From the IMG/VR virus record IMGVR_UViG_2548876794_000003, positions 64,001 through 128,000 of that record: a DNA stretch of 64,000 nucleotides, one strand, 5' to 3'. Below the pieces are notes generated by a model. That model was given only the letters and a program-made list of their open reading frames with translations. It was not told the origin of the DNA and searched no databases. Positions 1 through 9,000 of the stretch are shown here, piece by piece (within the stretch, counting starts at the first letter, position 1; every line of letters starts with the position of its first letter). Source of the DNA: a virus. Its lineage: Duplodnaviria > Caudoviricetes. A program made the position numbers and the translations under genes.

Positions 1-208
1 CGTTTTCAAGAACCACCTTGCGAATTGTTACGCCGTCTTTTACTGCGCGGAATACTTCTTCAAGGTACGCTTTGATTTTGTTACCTTTAGCTTTTGGTAA
101 CAGGTTTACTGCTACAGTTGATAGTTCTGATTTAACGTAGTTTACTTCTGGTAATGCTAATACTGTTGTTGCTGCTTCTGTTACTGTTGCTTGTGTAGAT
201 GTTTTCAT
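1..208 (-). CDS. hypothetical protein, N-terminal part (runs off the window edge)
   Basis: ATG at 208 with SD AGGAG upstream; open frame MKTSTQATVTEAATTVLALPEVNYVKSEL... to the edge; not in the ORF track. Confidence 0.7.
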   Translation of the reverse strand, partial: MKTSTQATVTEAATTVLALPEVNYVKSELSTVAVNLLPKAKGNKIKAYLEEVFRAVKDGVTIRKVVLEN

Positions 209-460
209 GATATAATTTCTCCTGTGTAGATGCTTGCCTTGTTGCAAGTCATCTCTGACGCATGCTCAATATGCGTAGATGCTACCTATATGGTTAGTCA
301 TCGTTTCTCTTATGTAAGTAGTGGTGTTATAACCAGTTACTTACGTTGTAGTCTTCCAAACTACAACTTGTGAGCCTTTTATAAAGACTCGCCATTACAG
401 AAAAGAGTCCAATCTTTCCTATAATGAATCGTAATAAGTACGTCCAATACTTATTACATA

Positions 461-490
461 GACGGGTGTTTCCTCACTCGTCTTTTTTTT
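461..490 (+). terminator. intrinsic terminator-like hairpin with T-run
   Basis: GACGGGTG-tttcct-CACTCGTC followed by a long T run; the G-U pair forms only on the plus strand. Confidence 0.6.
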
Positions 491-493
491 TAT

Positions 494-558
494 TGCCTTC
501 CATCTGCGTTTGTACGGGCTTTGGACCGTTATACATTTGTATAGCCGCATTAAAAGCA
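494..558 (-). ncRNA. twister self-cleaving ribozyme (type P1)
   Basis: Minus strand reads UGCUUU-UAA-UGCG-GC-UAUAC(AAAU)GUAUA-ACGG-UCCAAAGC-CCGU-ACAAA-CGCA-GA-UGGA-AGGCA. P1, P2, P3, P4, both pseudoknots (UCCA/UGGA, GC/GC) and the UAA cleavage motif are present. Confidence 0.85.
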
Positions 559-585
559 GGGCTCTATATAGAACCCCTTATATGA

Positions 586-819
586 CTACATGCTCATATA
601 GTCATTCTTAGCGTATGCAAAGTGTTGTTCAGCAGGGCAGTGGAATAATAACCATTGGTTCTTGCCATCTTTAGATACTGAGATGACACTAGCTACTATG
701 TCCTTCCCTTGCTTAATCAACTTACATACGACATGATTACCAGCTAATTTGTGTCTGCTGATAATGTTCACCTGTGCTTCTGTGTATTCCTCTTTGCTTA
801 AATCTACTGACTTTACCAT
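586..819 (-). CDS. hypothetical protein
   Basis: 77-aa ORF with SD GGGAGAG. Confidence 0.65.
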   Translation of the reverse strand: MVKSVDLSKEEYTEAQVNIISRHKLAGNHVVCKLIKQGKDIVASVISVSKDGKNQWLLFHCPAEQHFAYAKNDYMSM

Positions 820-844
820 AATGTATCTCTCCCATTCCTATGTG

Positions 845-1342
845 TTATTTGTTGTTATGCATGAATAATGGTTTGCGTTTTAATTGATTAATGTAACGTT
901 CGTTATATGTGATATAGCGATTGCGTAAACGATCTGGAATATAGCGAAGTCCTATACGATACGCTCGCTCTTCTAATTTCAATTGAATCTTTCCTAATGT
1001 TGGCTTGTGCTTATGAACAACCATTGCTGCCATATTGGCTAATTGGTAACGGCATGCTGGATCATTGGCATGTCCTAGTTCATGTGCCATTGCGATAAGG
1101 TAGTTATCTACAATTTCTTTAACGCTAATGACAGCATCATTGCCCATCAAATCAAATAAAAGACGATCACATACATTCATGTAAATGTGACCGCCTTCGA
1201 ATAAACCGATTGCTTTGTAATTGAATAAAGAATCATCTTCTGTAAAGACTACATCTATATCCTTTAATTGCTCTGCGTATACGTTAGTTACATCACGTTG
1301 GATAGCTAAACGCAGGTTGTTCATAATGAATTGCTTGTTCAT
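845..1342 (-). CDS. HEXXH zinc metallopeptidase (ImmA/IrrE-like)
   Basis: AMAHELGHA plus downstream LEERAY; start moved to ATG 1342, which follows SD AAGGGAG. Confidence 0.65.
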   Translation of the reverse strand: MNKQFIMNNLRLAIQRDVTNVYAEQLKDIDVVFTEDDSLFNYKAIGLFEGGHIYMNVCDRLLFDLMGNDAVISVKEIVDNYLIAMAHELGHANDPACRYQLANMAAMVVHKHKPTLGKIQLKLEERAYRIGLRYIPDRLRNRYITYNERYINQLKRKPLFMHNNK

Positions 1343-1682
1343 CTTTAGTCGCTCCCTTTTTATCTTGGGCATAGGTATGCTGTTTCTAGGCAGATTTTGA
1401 TACGTTGTTTAGAAAAGCGAAATGGCATACCCGGGGCTCCAAAATATGTGTTTTTGAGTGTATATATATAATGGGTAGCCACAGGATTTTTTCATTTTTT
1501 CGTTTCCGCATAGGGTTTTTACAATCCGTATATATTTTTTATGTAGTCTTAGTTTCGTTTTAAATTGTCAGACTATTAAAGTCTTTAATGAGGCCTTAAG
1601 AAAAAATTGCGCCATAAGAAAGTTTGTGCAAAAATAGTAGCTGCCTTTCGAGGTACTAATACAAATGAGGGGAGAGATTTTA

Positions 1683-2060
1683 ATGGAAAATGAAAATCAA
1701 GATTATTTCAACGAGGACGACACCACATTCTATGACAATGGTGATGAAATTCTTATTAACAATGAGCAGTCTACATTCGGTGTATGTACAGTAGAGCAAG
1801 TAAAAGTTTCTGAGTCATTCGAAGATGAAGATGGTCGCCAACAATCAATGGAACGATTAGTTGTACAAGGTACTTTGCAAATCAACGACTATCTCGAAGA
1901 TATTGAAGCTATTCAGTTCGGAAATTATTTCGTACGCAACGTGAATGTCATTAGAGAAGTTATTACAAATGCACAAGTATATGTTCACTACGAGTTTGTT
2001 GCTGACGGTGTTACGATTGTTCCACCTCAACCAATCAAGGAAGTGGGGGAAGTAGAATGA
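1683..2060 (+). CDS. acidic hypothetical protein, first gene of the late cluster
   Basis: ORF with SD GGGGAGAG before ATG 1683; ATGA overlap with the next gene. Confidence 0.7.
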   Translation: MENENQDYFNEDDTTFYDNGDEILINNEQSTFGVCTVEQVKVSESFEDEDGRQQSMERLVVQGTLQINDYLEDIEAIQFGNYFVRNVNVIREVITNAQVYVHYEFVADGVTIVPPQPIKEVGEVE

Positions 2061-2797
2061 CAAATGTACAAGATGAAGTCGTAGAGGAAGCGGCAGAGGA
2101 AGTTCTACCAGAAGGTTTTGATTTAACCGCCCTGGCAGGAAATGATTCGCCAACTGGTTTAACCCCTGTGGAGCGTAGACTACAGTTTGAAGAAAATGTG
2201 AAGAATATCTGGGGATTTAGCGAGACTGGATGCGAAGCAAAAAGCGCAGCTATGGCCATGCTATCAACCAAAACAGGAATGTATGCACGTATTCCAATTA
2301 CCTGTAAAGGTGAAGGATGTCCGTATGCATCGACTTGTAAGCTGTTGCCGTACGACCTTGCCCCAGTCGGAGAACCTTGTCCTATTGAAGCGGCAGAGAT
2401 TGAGTTACGTTTCAGCGGTTATGCAGAGGACTTCGGCTATCTTGAAAATACAATCAGCTTCACAGACCGCGCCTTAATTAGTGACTTGATTAACCAAGAT
2501 ATTCTACTTGAACGATGTAAGTCGTTGATGGCTGCAGAAGGCGTACCAGTAGTAGATGTCGTAGCTGGAATCAGTGAACAAGGTGAAGAGTTTTATCAAC
2601 CGCAAGTATCAAAACACTGGGAAGCGTACGAGCGAATCATTAAACGCCGTAACGAAATTTACAATTTACTATTAGCTACACGTAAAGACCGTAAAGGCGA
2701 GCAAGATGTTGGTTCAACAGCTATGGATCAAATCATGTCGTTTGTACAAGATGCAGACTACGCAGAAATTGATACACGCCCAGAGAATATTCAATAG
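2057..2797 (+). CDS. Cys-motif phage protein, candidate terminase small subunit
   Basis: [12 protein letters not shown]...PCPIE putative Zn site, helical C-terminus, upstream of TerL; function inferred from synteny only. Confidence 0.4.
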   Translation: MTNVQDEVVEEAAEEVLPEGFDLTALAGNDSPTGLTPVERRLQFEENVKNIWGFSETGCEAKSAAMAMLSTKTGMYARIPITCKGEGCPYASTCKLLPYDLAPVGEPCPIEAAEIELRFSGYAEDFGYLENTISFTDRALISDLINQDILLERCKSLMAAEGVPVVDVVAGISEQGEEFYQPQVSKHWEAYERIIKRRNEIYNLLLATRKDRKGEQDVGSTAMDQIMSFVQDADYAEIDTRPENIQ

Positions 2798-2809
2798 GAG
2801 GAATACATA

Positions 2810-3154
2810 ATGAAAATTGGACCAACTGGTTCTGATTTAGGAGATTCGATTTTAGCCGCATTTAGTTCTGGCGGTTTTCGAGAAAACATCCTCAATTCAA
2901 ATAAAGCAATTCAAAATGTACATGCTGGCGGTATGCTCGGCGGTATTTCACAATCGGTCAATGCCTATCGAGATACTGGCGACCTTGCAAGATCAATTAA
3001 AGCTGCGCACTCAAATGAAGATGGCGCATTAAACTATGGTCGTATTGCAGGTAGCGTATTGACTGCTGGTGTCGGTTATCGTGCATTAAGTGGTGGTGGT
3101 TTGTATCGTGATAAGGACGGTCAAACAAACATTGCTGGCGTACCGTTTATTTAG
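2810..3154 (+). CDS. small Gly-rich, membrane-type virion protein
   Basis: SD AGGAGG; Gly/Ala-rich hydrophobic segments. Confidence 0.55.
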   Translation: MKIGPTGSDLGDSILAAFSSGGFRENILNSNKAIQNVHAGGMLGGISQSVNAYRDTGDLARSIKAAHSNEDGALNYGRIAGSVLTAGVGYRALSGGGLYRDKDGQTNIAGVPFI

Positions 3155-3166
3155 GAGGGGCTGTAA

Positions 3167-4153
3167 ATGGTATTCTCAAACGGTTTCGCAGTAAGCGGAG
3201 CTCTAGCTGGTGGCGCAGTTGGTGGTACGACAGGTATCATCGCCGCCGCCAATAGTGACAACCCAGCAGGCGTCATGGGCTCTGCCGGTGTCGGTTCTGC
3301 AATTGGGGCAACAGTCGGTGGTATCGGAGCAGGTGTATTACCAAACTTCGGTGAAGCTGGCAAGAAAGTCGGTACTGGTTTAGCAAAAGGTTTATTCGTT
3401 CAACCAGCACATGCTTATATGAATAGCTTCAAAACGGTCTCTGGCAACGGGAGTTTGCGAACAGCTGTCGGCAGTTTAGGCATTGGCAGTGGGATGGCAG
3501 GTGCCGGTATTGGTATGTACTTTGGAAACAAATTCACCGGTGGAGATGGTTCTGGTGCCTTGACTGGTGCCGCGATTGGTGGAGCTGCTGGTTTAGCCGC
3601 GCCATTAGCACTTGGAGCAACGTCTGCAGCAGTTGGTTTTGGAGGAATGGCCTTACTAAAAAACTCTGGGCGTATTATGTCTGGAGTTGGTTCAGTAGGG
3701 ATAGGTACAGCGCTAGGTTCAGCCGCAACAGCTGGGCATCTTCTCGCACCAAAAACGTTGAAAGGTACATCTTTCGATCCGCGTACAGGCAACGCGCTTG
3801 CTCGTGGTGTTAAACGCGCGGGCTACTTTGCGACAAATCCAGTACAAAAATATGCAAAGTTCGCAACAGGCGTTGCTGGCAAGATGTTTAAGTATGAGAA
3901 TGCTTCTGCTAAATTGAACAGCAAAGGTAAGATGGTTCATACACCTGGTCGAATGCGCTTGTCCAAATTAGGATTAGGTGTCGGCGCAGTAGGGATGTTA
4001 ATTGCATCTGGTACATCAGCAACAAAAGATTATCTAAATCGTAGTGGTTCTCCAAGTGGGGCATCGACTCCTACACCAAAACCATACAGCTATGTAGATA
4101 ATGGCGGTGCGACAGGTGACTTAGTGTTTGCTATGCACAACAATCGAAATTAA
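3167..4153 (+). CDS. Gly/Ala-rich (glycine-zipper-like) basic membrane protein
   Basis: Many GxxxG repeats; SD AGGAGG. Confidence 0.6.
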   Translation: MVFSNGFAVSGALAGGAVGGTTGIIAAANSDNPAGVMGSAGVGSAIGATVGGIGAGVLPNFGEAGKKVGTGLAKGLFVQPAHAYMNSFKTVSGNGSLRTAVGSLGIGSGMAGAGIGMYFGNKFTGGDGSGALTGAAIGGAAGLAAPLALGATSAAVGFGGMALLKNSGRIMSGVGSVGIGTALGSAATAGHLLAPKTLKGTSFDPRTGNALARGVKRAGYFATNPVQKYAKFATGVAGKMFKYENASAKLNSKGKMVHTPGRMRLSKLGLGVGAVGMLIASGTSATKDYLNRSGSPSGASTPTPKPYSYVDNGGATGDLVFAMHNNRN

Positions 4154-4168
4154 CAAGGAGGAGATACG

Positions 4169-4609
4169 ATGCCGGCATTAGGTTCTATCCTTCGATCCGC
4201 TTCTGGGTTCAACAAATTCAAGAACTCAAATAAAGGTCGAATGGTCAGCATAGGTCTTAGTGGATTAGGTTTTGTCCATGAATACAATGAAAATCGCGCA
4301 GAAGGCGATGGTGTTGCAAAGTCTGCCGTAAAAGGTGCGGGTAATGCATTCATTATGGATGCTGTCGGGATGCCTGTGTACTTTGGTGCTATGGCGTTAG
4401 GTGGAGCTGTAAAAGGTGGCGGCGCAATCGCTTCAAGTGTTGCACGAACATCAAGAGAGATGGCGCGTAGCAATCAAGCATTTGCGACGTCAACGTTCGT
4501 TGATACTCAACAAGCCTACACGATGCGACAAGCAGGTATGCAACAAGTGCAATCATCCGAAATGAATACAAAACGGGCATTACTCGGTAATGAAGCGAGG
4601 TATATGTAG
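4169..4609 (+). CDS. Gly-rich protein with C-terminal TMRQAGM motif (paralog A)
   Basis: SD AAGGAGG; C-terminus aligns with the next gene. Confidence 0.65.
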   Translation: MPALGSILRSASGFNKFKNSNKGRMVSIGLSGLGFVHEYNENRAEGDGVAKSAVKGAGNAFIMDAVGMPVYFGAMALGGAVKGGGAIASSVARTSREMARSNQAFATSTFVDTQQAYTMRQAGMQQVQSSEMNTKRALLGNEARYM

Positions 4610-5020
4610 ATGAATATTTCGCCCTCTGTATTACGTTCGTTCAAAAAGACAGGAGCACTAGTAACTGCTGGCGCAACGATATTGGATTATGGCATCAATA
4701 AAGCACAAGGTAAGTCGACAATGGAAGCGGCAGGAAGCGCAGCGGGAACAGCTGTAATGTCTCATTTTTTACCATGGTACGCTACGTTTGCTTTGCAAGC
4801 ACATCCTTTATTAAAAGGGGCAGTAGGAGAAAGTGTAAGAGAAGTAGACATGAAGTCACGCGACTTTGCGCGAAACAATCAAGCATTTTCTAACTCTTAC
4901 TTCTCTGATAACTCTCAAACGTTTACGATGCGACAAGCAGGTATGGCCTCAATTGAGCGAGCGAAATATAATCAGCAGAATGCCATGTTAGGTAGCGAAG
5001 CAAAATATATGAACTATTAA
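4610..5020 (+). CDS. protein with C-terminal TMRQAGM motif (paralog B)
   Basis: NQAF...D..Q..TMRQAGM...N....LG.EA.YM shared with 4169-4609. Confidence 0.65.
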   Translation: MNISPSVLRSFKKTGALVTAGATILDYGINKAQGKSTMEAAGSAAGTAVMSHFLPWYATFALQAHPLLKGAVGESVREVDMKSRDFARNNQAFSNSYFSDNSQTFTMRQAGMASIERAKYNQQNAMLGSEAKYMNY

Positions 5021-5035
5021 ATGAGGTGAAAAGAA

Positions 5036-5962
5036 ATGGTTAAAATATCTAGATCAGCACGTAATGCCAAAAACCAGCATCACATCAAACAACACGAAGC
5101 CCTACGAGGGAAATTCGAAAATGATAATATGATGCCTAAGAAGTATGGTTTCGATGAACATGTCGAAGACTATAAAAAACAAGGTGGAGACGTCGGTAAC
5201 TACAAGGATTTTAAAGAATTCGCTCTGCAGAATACAGGACGTAAAACACAAGCTGCAAAAGATATGCAGATGAAAAAAGAAGAAATGCTACGTTTGAATC
5301 GCCACAATACTCAGCAGCGTCAACGAATGCTAGAGGAATCGCGTAAGCCAAATACGAAACCTTCTAGCAACCCTATTGAAATGAGCGCAGCGGAAGAAGC
5401 TCAAATGTTTAGAGAATTGAATCAACCACAAAATGAGAGATCAGTGACTCGACAAGAGCGTAGGCAAGCAGAGAAAGCAAAAGCTCGAACGCAGCGAAGT
5501 GAAGCACCGCCAAAAGGTGTTGACCAATCTTACTACGAAAACGTATATCGAGAAGGAAACTCTCGTCCAGAAAAACGTTTAGCTAAACAACTGGCAAGCA
5601 AGCACATGGGATTACAGAATCATGTAGATACATTCCAAAAAGCAGTGAAGAGTGGAAAGTTAAAGGATGAAGAAGAAATTCGAAGTGAATTACGTGGTAT
5701 CGGTAAACGATTGAATCACAAAGGTGAAGATATGGATGACTGGGTAGATAAAATGAGTTCATCTAAATCATTTGATGGCCTTCAAAAAGAAGTAAAAGAT
5801 CACCGATTCGAAGCAAACTTACATGACAAGATGATAGCGAACAAAGGCTATCAAGCTGGTGTTGGTGCGCTAGGTACAGTCTGGCTTGTGAATAATATGG
5901 CTGCGGGCAAGGGGCAACAATCTAACTCGCAACTTTATGGCCAACAACAGTCCTATTACTAA
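5036..5962 (+). CDS. basic hydrophilic protein with C-terminal hydrophobic segment
   Basis: 308-aa ORF, SD GAGGTG. Confidence 0.6.
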   Translation: MVKISRSARNAKNQHHIKQHEALRGKFENDNMMPKKYGFDEHVEDYKKQGGDVGNYKDFKEFALQNTGRKTQAAKDMQMKKEEMLRLNRHNTQQRQRMLEESRKPNTKPSSNPIEMSAAEEAQMFRELNQPQNERSVTRQERRQAEKAKARTQRSEAPPKGVDQSYYENVYREGNSRPEKRLAKQLASKHMGLQNHVDTFQKAVKSGKLKDEEEIRSELRGIGKRLNHKGEDMDDWVDKMSSSKSFDGLQKEVKDHRFEANLHDKMIANKGYQAGVGALGTVWLVNNMAAGKGQQSNSQLYGQQQSYY

Positions 5963-6004
5963 TAGTAAAAAAATAAAGGACTAAAAAGGGAGTAATAAAT
6001 ACAT

Positions 6005-9000
6005 ATGCCGAAGAATAAATTATCCGCTATCGAAGTAGAACGATTTAAAGAGATTATGGCAAACCCTGTAATGTGGGCTCGTGCATTCATTCGCACCTTC
6101 AATCCGAAGACGAAAAAGCATGAACCTTGGGTAGCCCGCTGGTATCAAGCAGAAATCTTACTAGATGAATCGGTCAAAAAGGTTGCTAGGTGTGGACGCC
6201 GTACGGGTAAACATTTGCTCTTCATTTGTGAATTGCTGGAAGGTCCAACTCCCTTGGAAGAATCAGCAGCCATGTCCTATAGAAATAGGAAGGGTTCAGA
6301 GACTACGAGCGCAAATGTTTTAATACAACACGAGAGAGGTTATGCCACATGAAATTTGTAGCAGAACGAAAAATCGAAAATCGCGTACTATCAGTAAACA
6401 TTAAATTTGATAGCTACGGTGAAGGCGACTTAACAGATGAACAGGAAAAAGCGTTGGTTAGCGCATTCGGCAATCCTGTCATCTCAGTAGGTGGCGAGTT
6501 TAAAGCGAAGTTTGACGAGAAAGGTCAATTCGTAGAAGATCCAGAAGCAATCGGTGAAGAAGTATCGTTCATTATCGTTAATAAGACGGCAGAGCTTGGC
6601 GAGAATTTCGTAGCGTCATATTCTATTGGGTTAGATAAAGCAGCTGCATACATTAATGAAAAATCTCTATTAAAAGAGGATTACTTACAAGCCGTAGCTC
6701 GCTGTGAGCTTTTCGAAAAAACTATCCAAGATCGCGCGGTTGCCGCAGCTGATAAGTTACAAGCAAAATCAACTGCATTCACAACTGGCTACCCACGCGA
6801 TTTCTTTGCATAAGGAGGACGGATCATGCAACTAAAATACACAAGTAGTATTCGTAAACGCATTATCTGCTTAAATGTAGAGACGACAAACTTCACTACA
6901 AACGAGCGAATCGCCTTAGAAGAATTAGGCGAGCCAGTCATTGAAATGGAGAAAATGTTCAAAGGTAAATATCCTGTGCAATTTTCTAAAACAATTCGTA
7001 CTGGCTTGAAGTTAGCTATCCGCTTCGATGGTCGTGAAAATATTGAAGAAGCATCGCAAGCCGCAAATGAATTTGTAGAGGAATTAGGCGAACTAATCCG
7101 TACAAAAATGAGCGACCTTATGGAAACATACGATGATGTCAATTTTATTTTTGACCGTAAGAATGGATTAACTACCCTATAGATTGTATTAAAAAAGATA
7201 TAGTCCGCCCCTGTTTTTAACAGGGTAGCGAAAACAGAGACCATGTGCGTAAATGGTCTTTACAAGGGGTCCACCCAACCAAACCAACGTATTCTGTATG
7301 TTACGCCATACGAGACGCAAGTACGTTTAATCTTTATGCGTCTAAACGAAATGATTGACGGTAGCCCGCTTCTACAAGAGCAAGTTGCTCGTCGTATCAA
7401 AAACCCATTCATGATTGAATTTAAAAATGGCTCTGCTATCATGGGCTTCACGACAGGTGCTTCGTCTGGTACAGGCGGTGCTTCTATTCGTGGCCAACGT
7501 GCCGATTATATTCACATGGATGAAGTGGATTAACCATATAGTCCACTATAAATAGGGTGAATTGCTGGAAGGTTTGGTGTAAAATCTGCATCAGAATAAT
7601 CAGCAGCCATGCTGTTAGGAGGTTTTATTATGGGAGAACTTATTTTCCTAAATGAACATAATGAAGTAAAAGAAGCGATTGAACACGACAAACAGGACAT
7701 GTTGAATATGCTAGACACAATCCAAAAAGTAGTAGAGGATGGCGAAGCTGTCTCTTTATACATTGGATGTGCGCTAACAGACAATACAAGTATAAGCTGG
7801 TCATCTGGACGTTTTAATTATAACCAACGCGCCAGACTAATTAGTGAATTACATGATGAACAATGTGCTCATGCTTTAGATTTACTTGATGACTAACGGA
7901 GGGTTCAGAGACTATTAATAGCGCCCTACATAGATGATATAGTCCGAAGTGAAAACGTATATGACCGAAGCTGACTTTGATACCGTAACAACAATTGCCG
8001 CTGAACGTAGCGACATCGGTATCTTCTTGTCATCTACTCCAACAGGTGCTCGCTCTAAGTTCTATCAAGCGTGTACCGATAAATCAATGGGCTTCACTGA
8101 ACATTTCCATCCATCAAGCCATAACCCGAACTGGGATGCCACGATGGAAGCTCAATTCAGAGCTCAACTTACGCCGTCTGGTTACACGCATGAAATCGAA
8201 GCAGATTTCGGCGCGCAAGATACCGGTGTATTCAACAAAGATAAGGTCGATAAAGCAATGTCATTCCAAAACTATTACTACAATCCGCTATCTGTTATCC
8301 AGTTGGATCGCGTGAAGCGTGAAGCGGAGAATGGGACCCCGACACCAATTAACAGAGTGTACGATGGTATACCTGTGCCACGAAATACATTCCGTACGAT
8401 GGGCGTCGACTGGGATAAATACCAAGCATCAAGTAGTATATTGATAATGGACTATGACATTGAATCGAAAAAATTCATTGTTGTTAAACGTATTGAAGTA
8501 CCGAAAGCGGAGTATTCATACGATGCAGCAGTTAATTTGATTGTTGAACTAAACGAAATATATAATCCGACATGGATCTACTGTGACCGCGGATCAGGCG
8601 AGTATCAAATAGAACGTCTACATATTATTGGGGAAGAACGTCCAGAGACGGGCCTTAAACATAAAGTGAAGGGCTGGCAGTTTGCTAACAAAATTGACGT
8701 AATGGACCCAGTTACAAAAGAGATGGTTAAAGAGCCAATGAAACCATTCATGGTTAACCAATTGATTATGGCCTTCGAGCGTGAGCAATTGATTCTTTCT
8801 CCATTCGATGAAATCTTACATAAGCAATTAATCGACTATGAAGTAGTGCGCCAGCAACAAAATGGTGCGCCAATTTTCACTTCTGAAAATGAACACTTTG
8901 TCGATACATTAGGTTTGGCTTTCCTTGCATTCGTACTCGAATTTACGGAGCTTACCAATACAATCAAAAAAGTTCGATATGAAATGGCGATGTCATCTAT

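Larger units (their letters stand above)
6209..7230 (+). mobile_element. group I intron 1 in terL (1022 nt), two ORFs in the P8 loop
   Basis: Exon U6208 pairs with G6217 in P1. P3 6223-6230/6310-6317. P/Q AAUUGCUGGAA and AAUCAGCAGCC; R GUUCAGAGACUA. 11-bp P8 6318-6328/7184-7194. S AAGAUAUAGUCC; P9 7209-7225; terminal G7230. Removal restores the reading frame. Confidence 0.93.

Noticed and set aside
6005-6352. 115-aa, 96-aa (7243-7533) and 422-aa (7949-9217) ORFs as separate genes or a terL pseudogene
   Set aside because: They are exons; complete group I cores and in-frame splice junctions explain the breaks
6349-7896. Homing endonucleases or inteins in terL
   Set aside because: No LAGLIDADG, GIY-YIG or HNH motifs and no intein C...HN termini; the inserts contain stop codons
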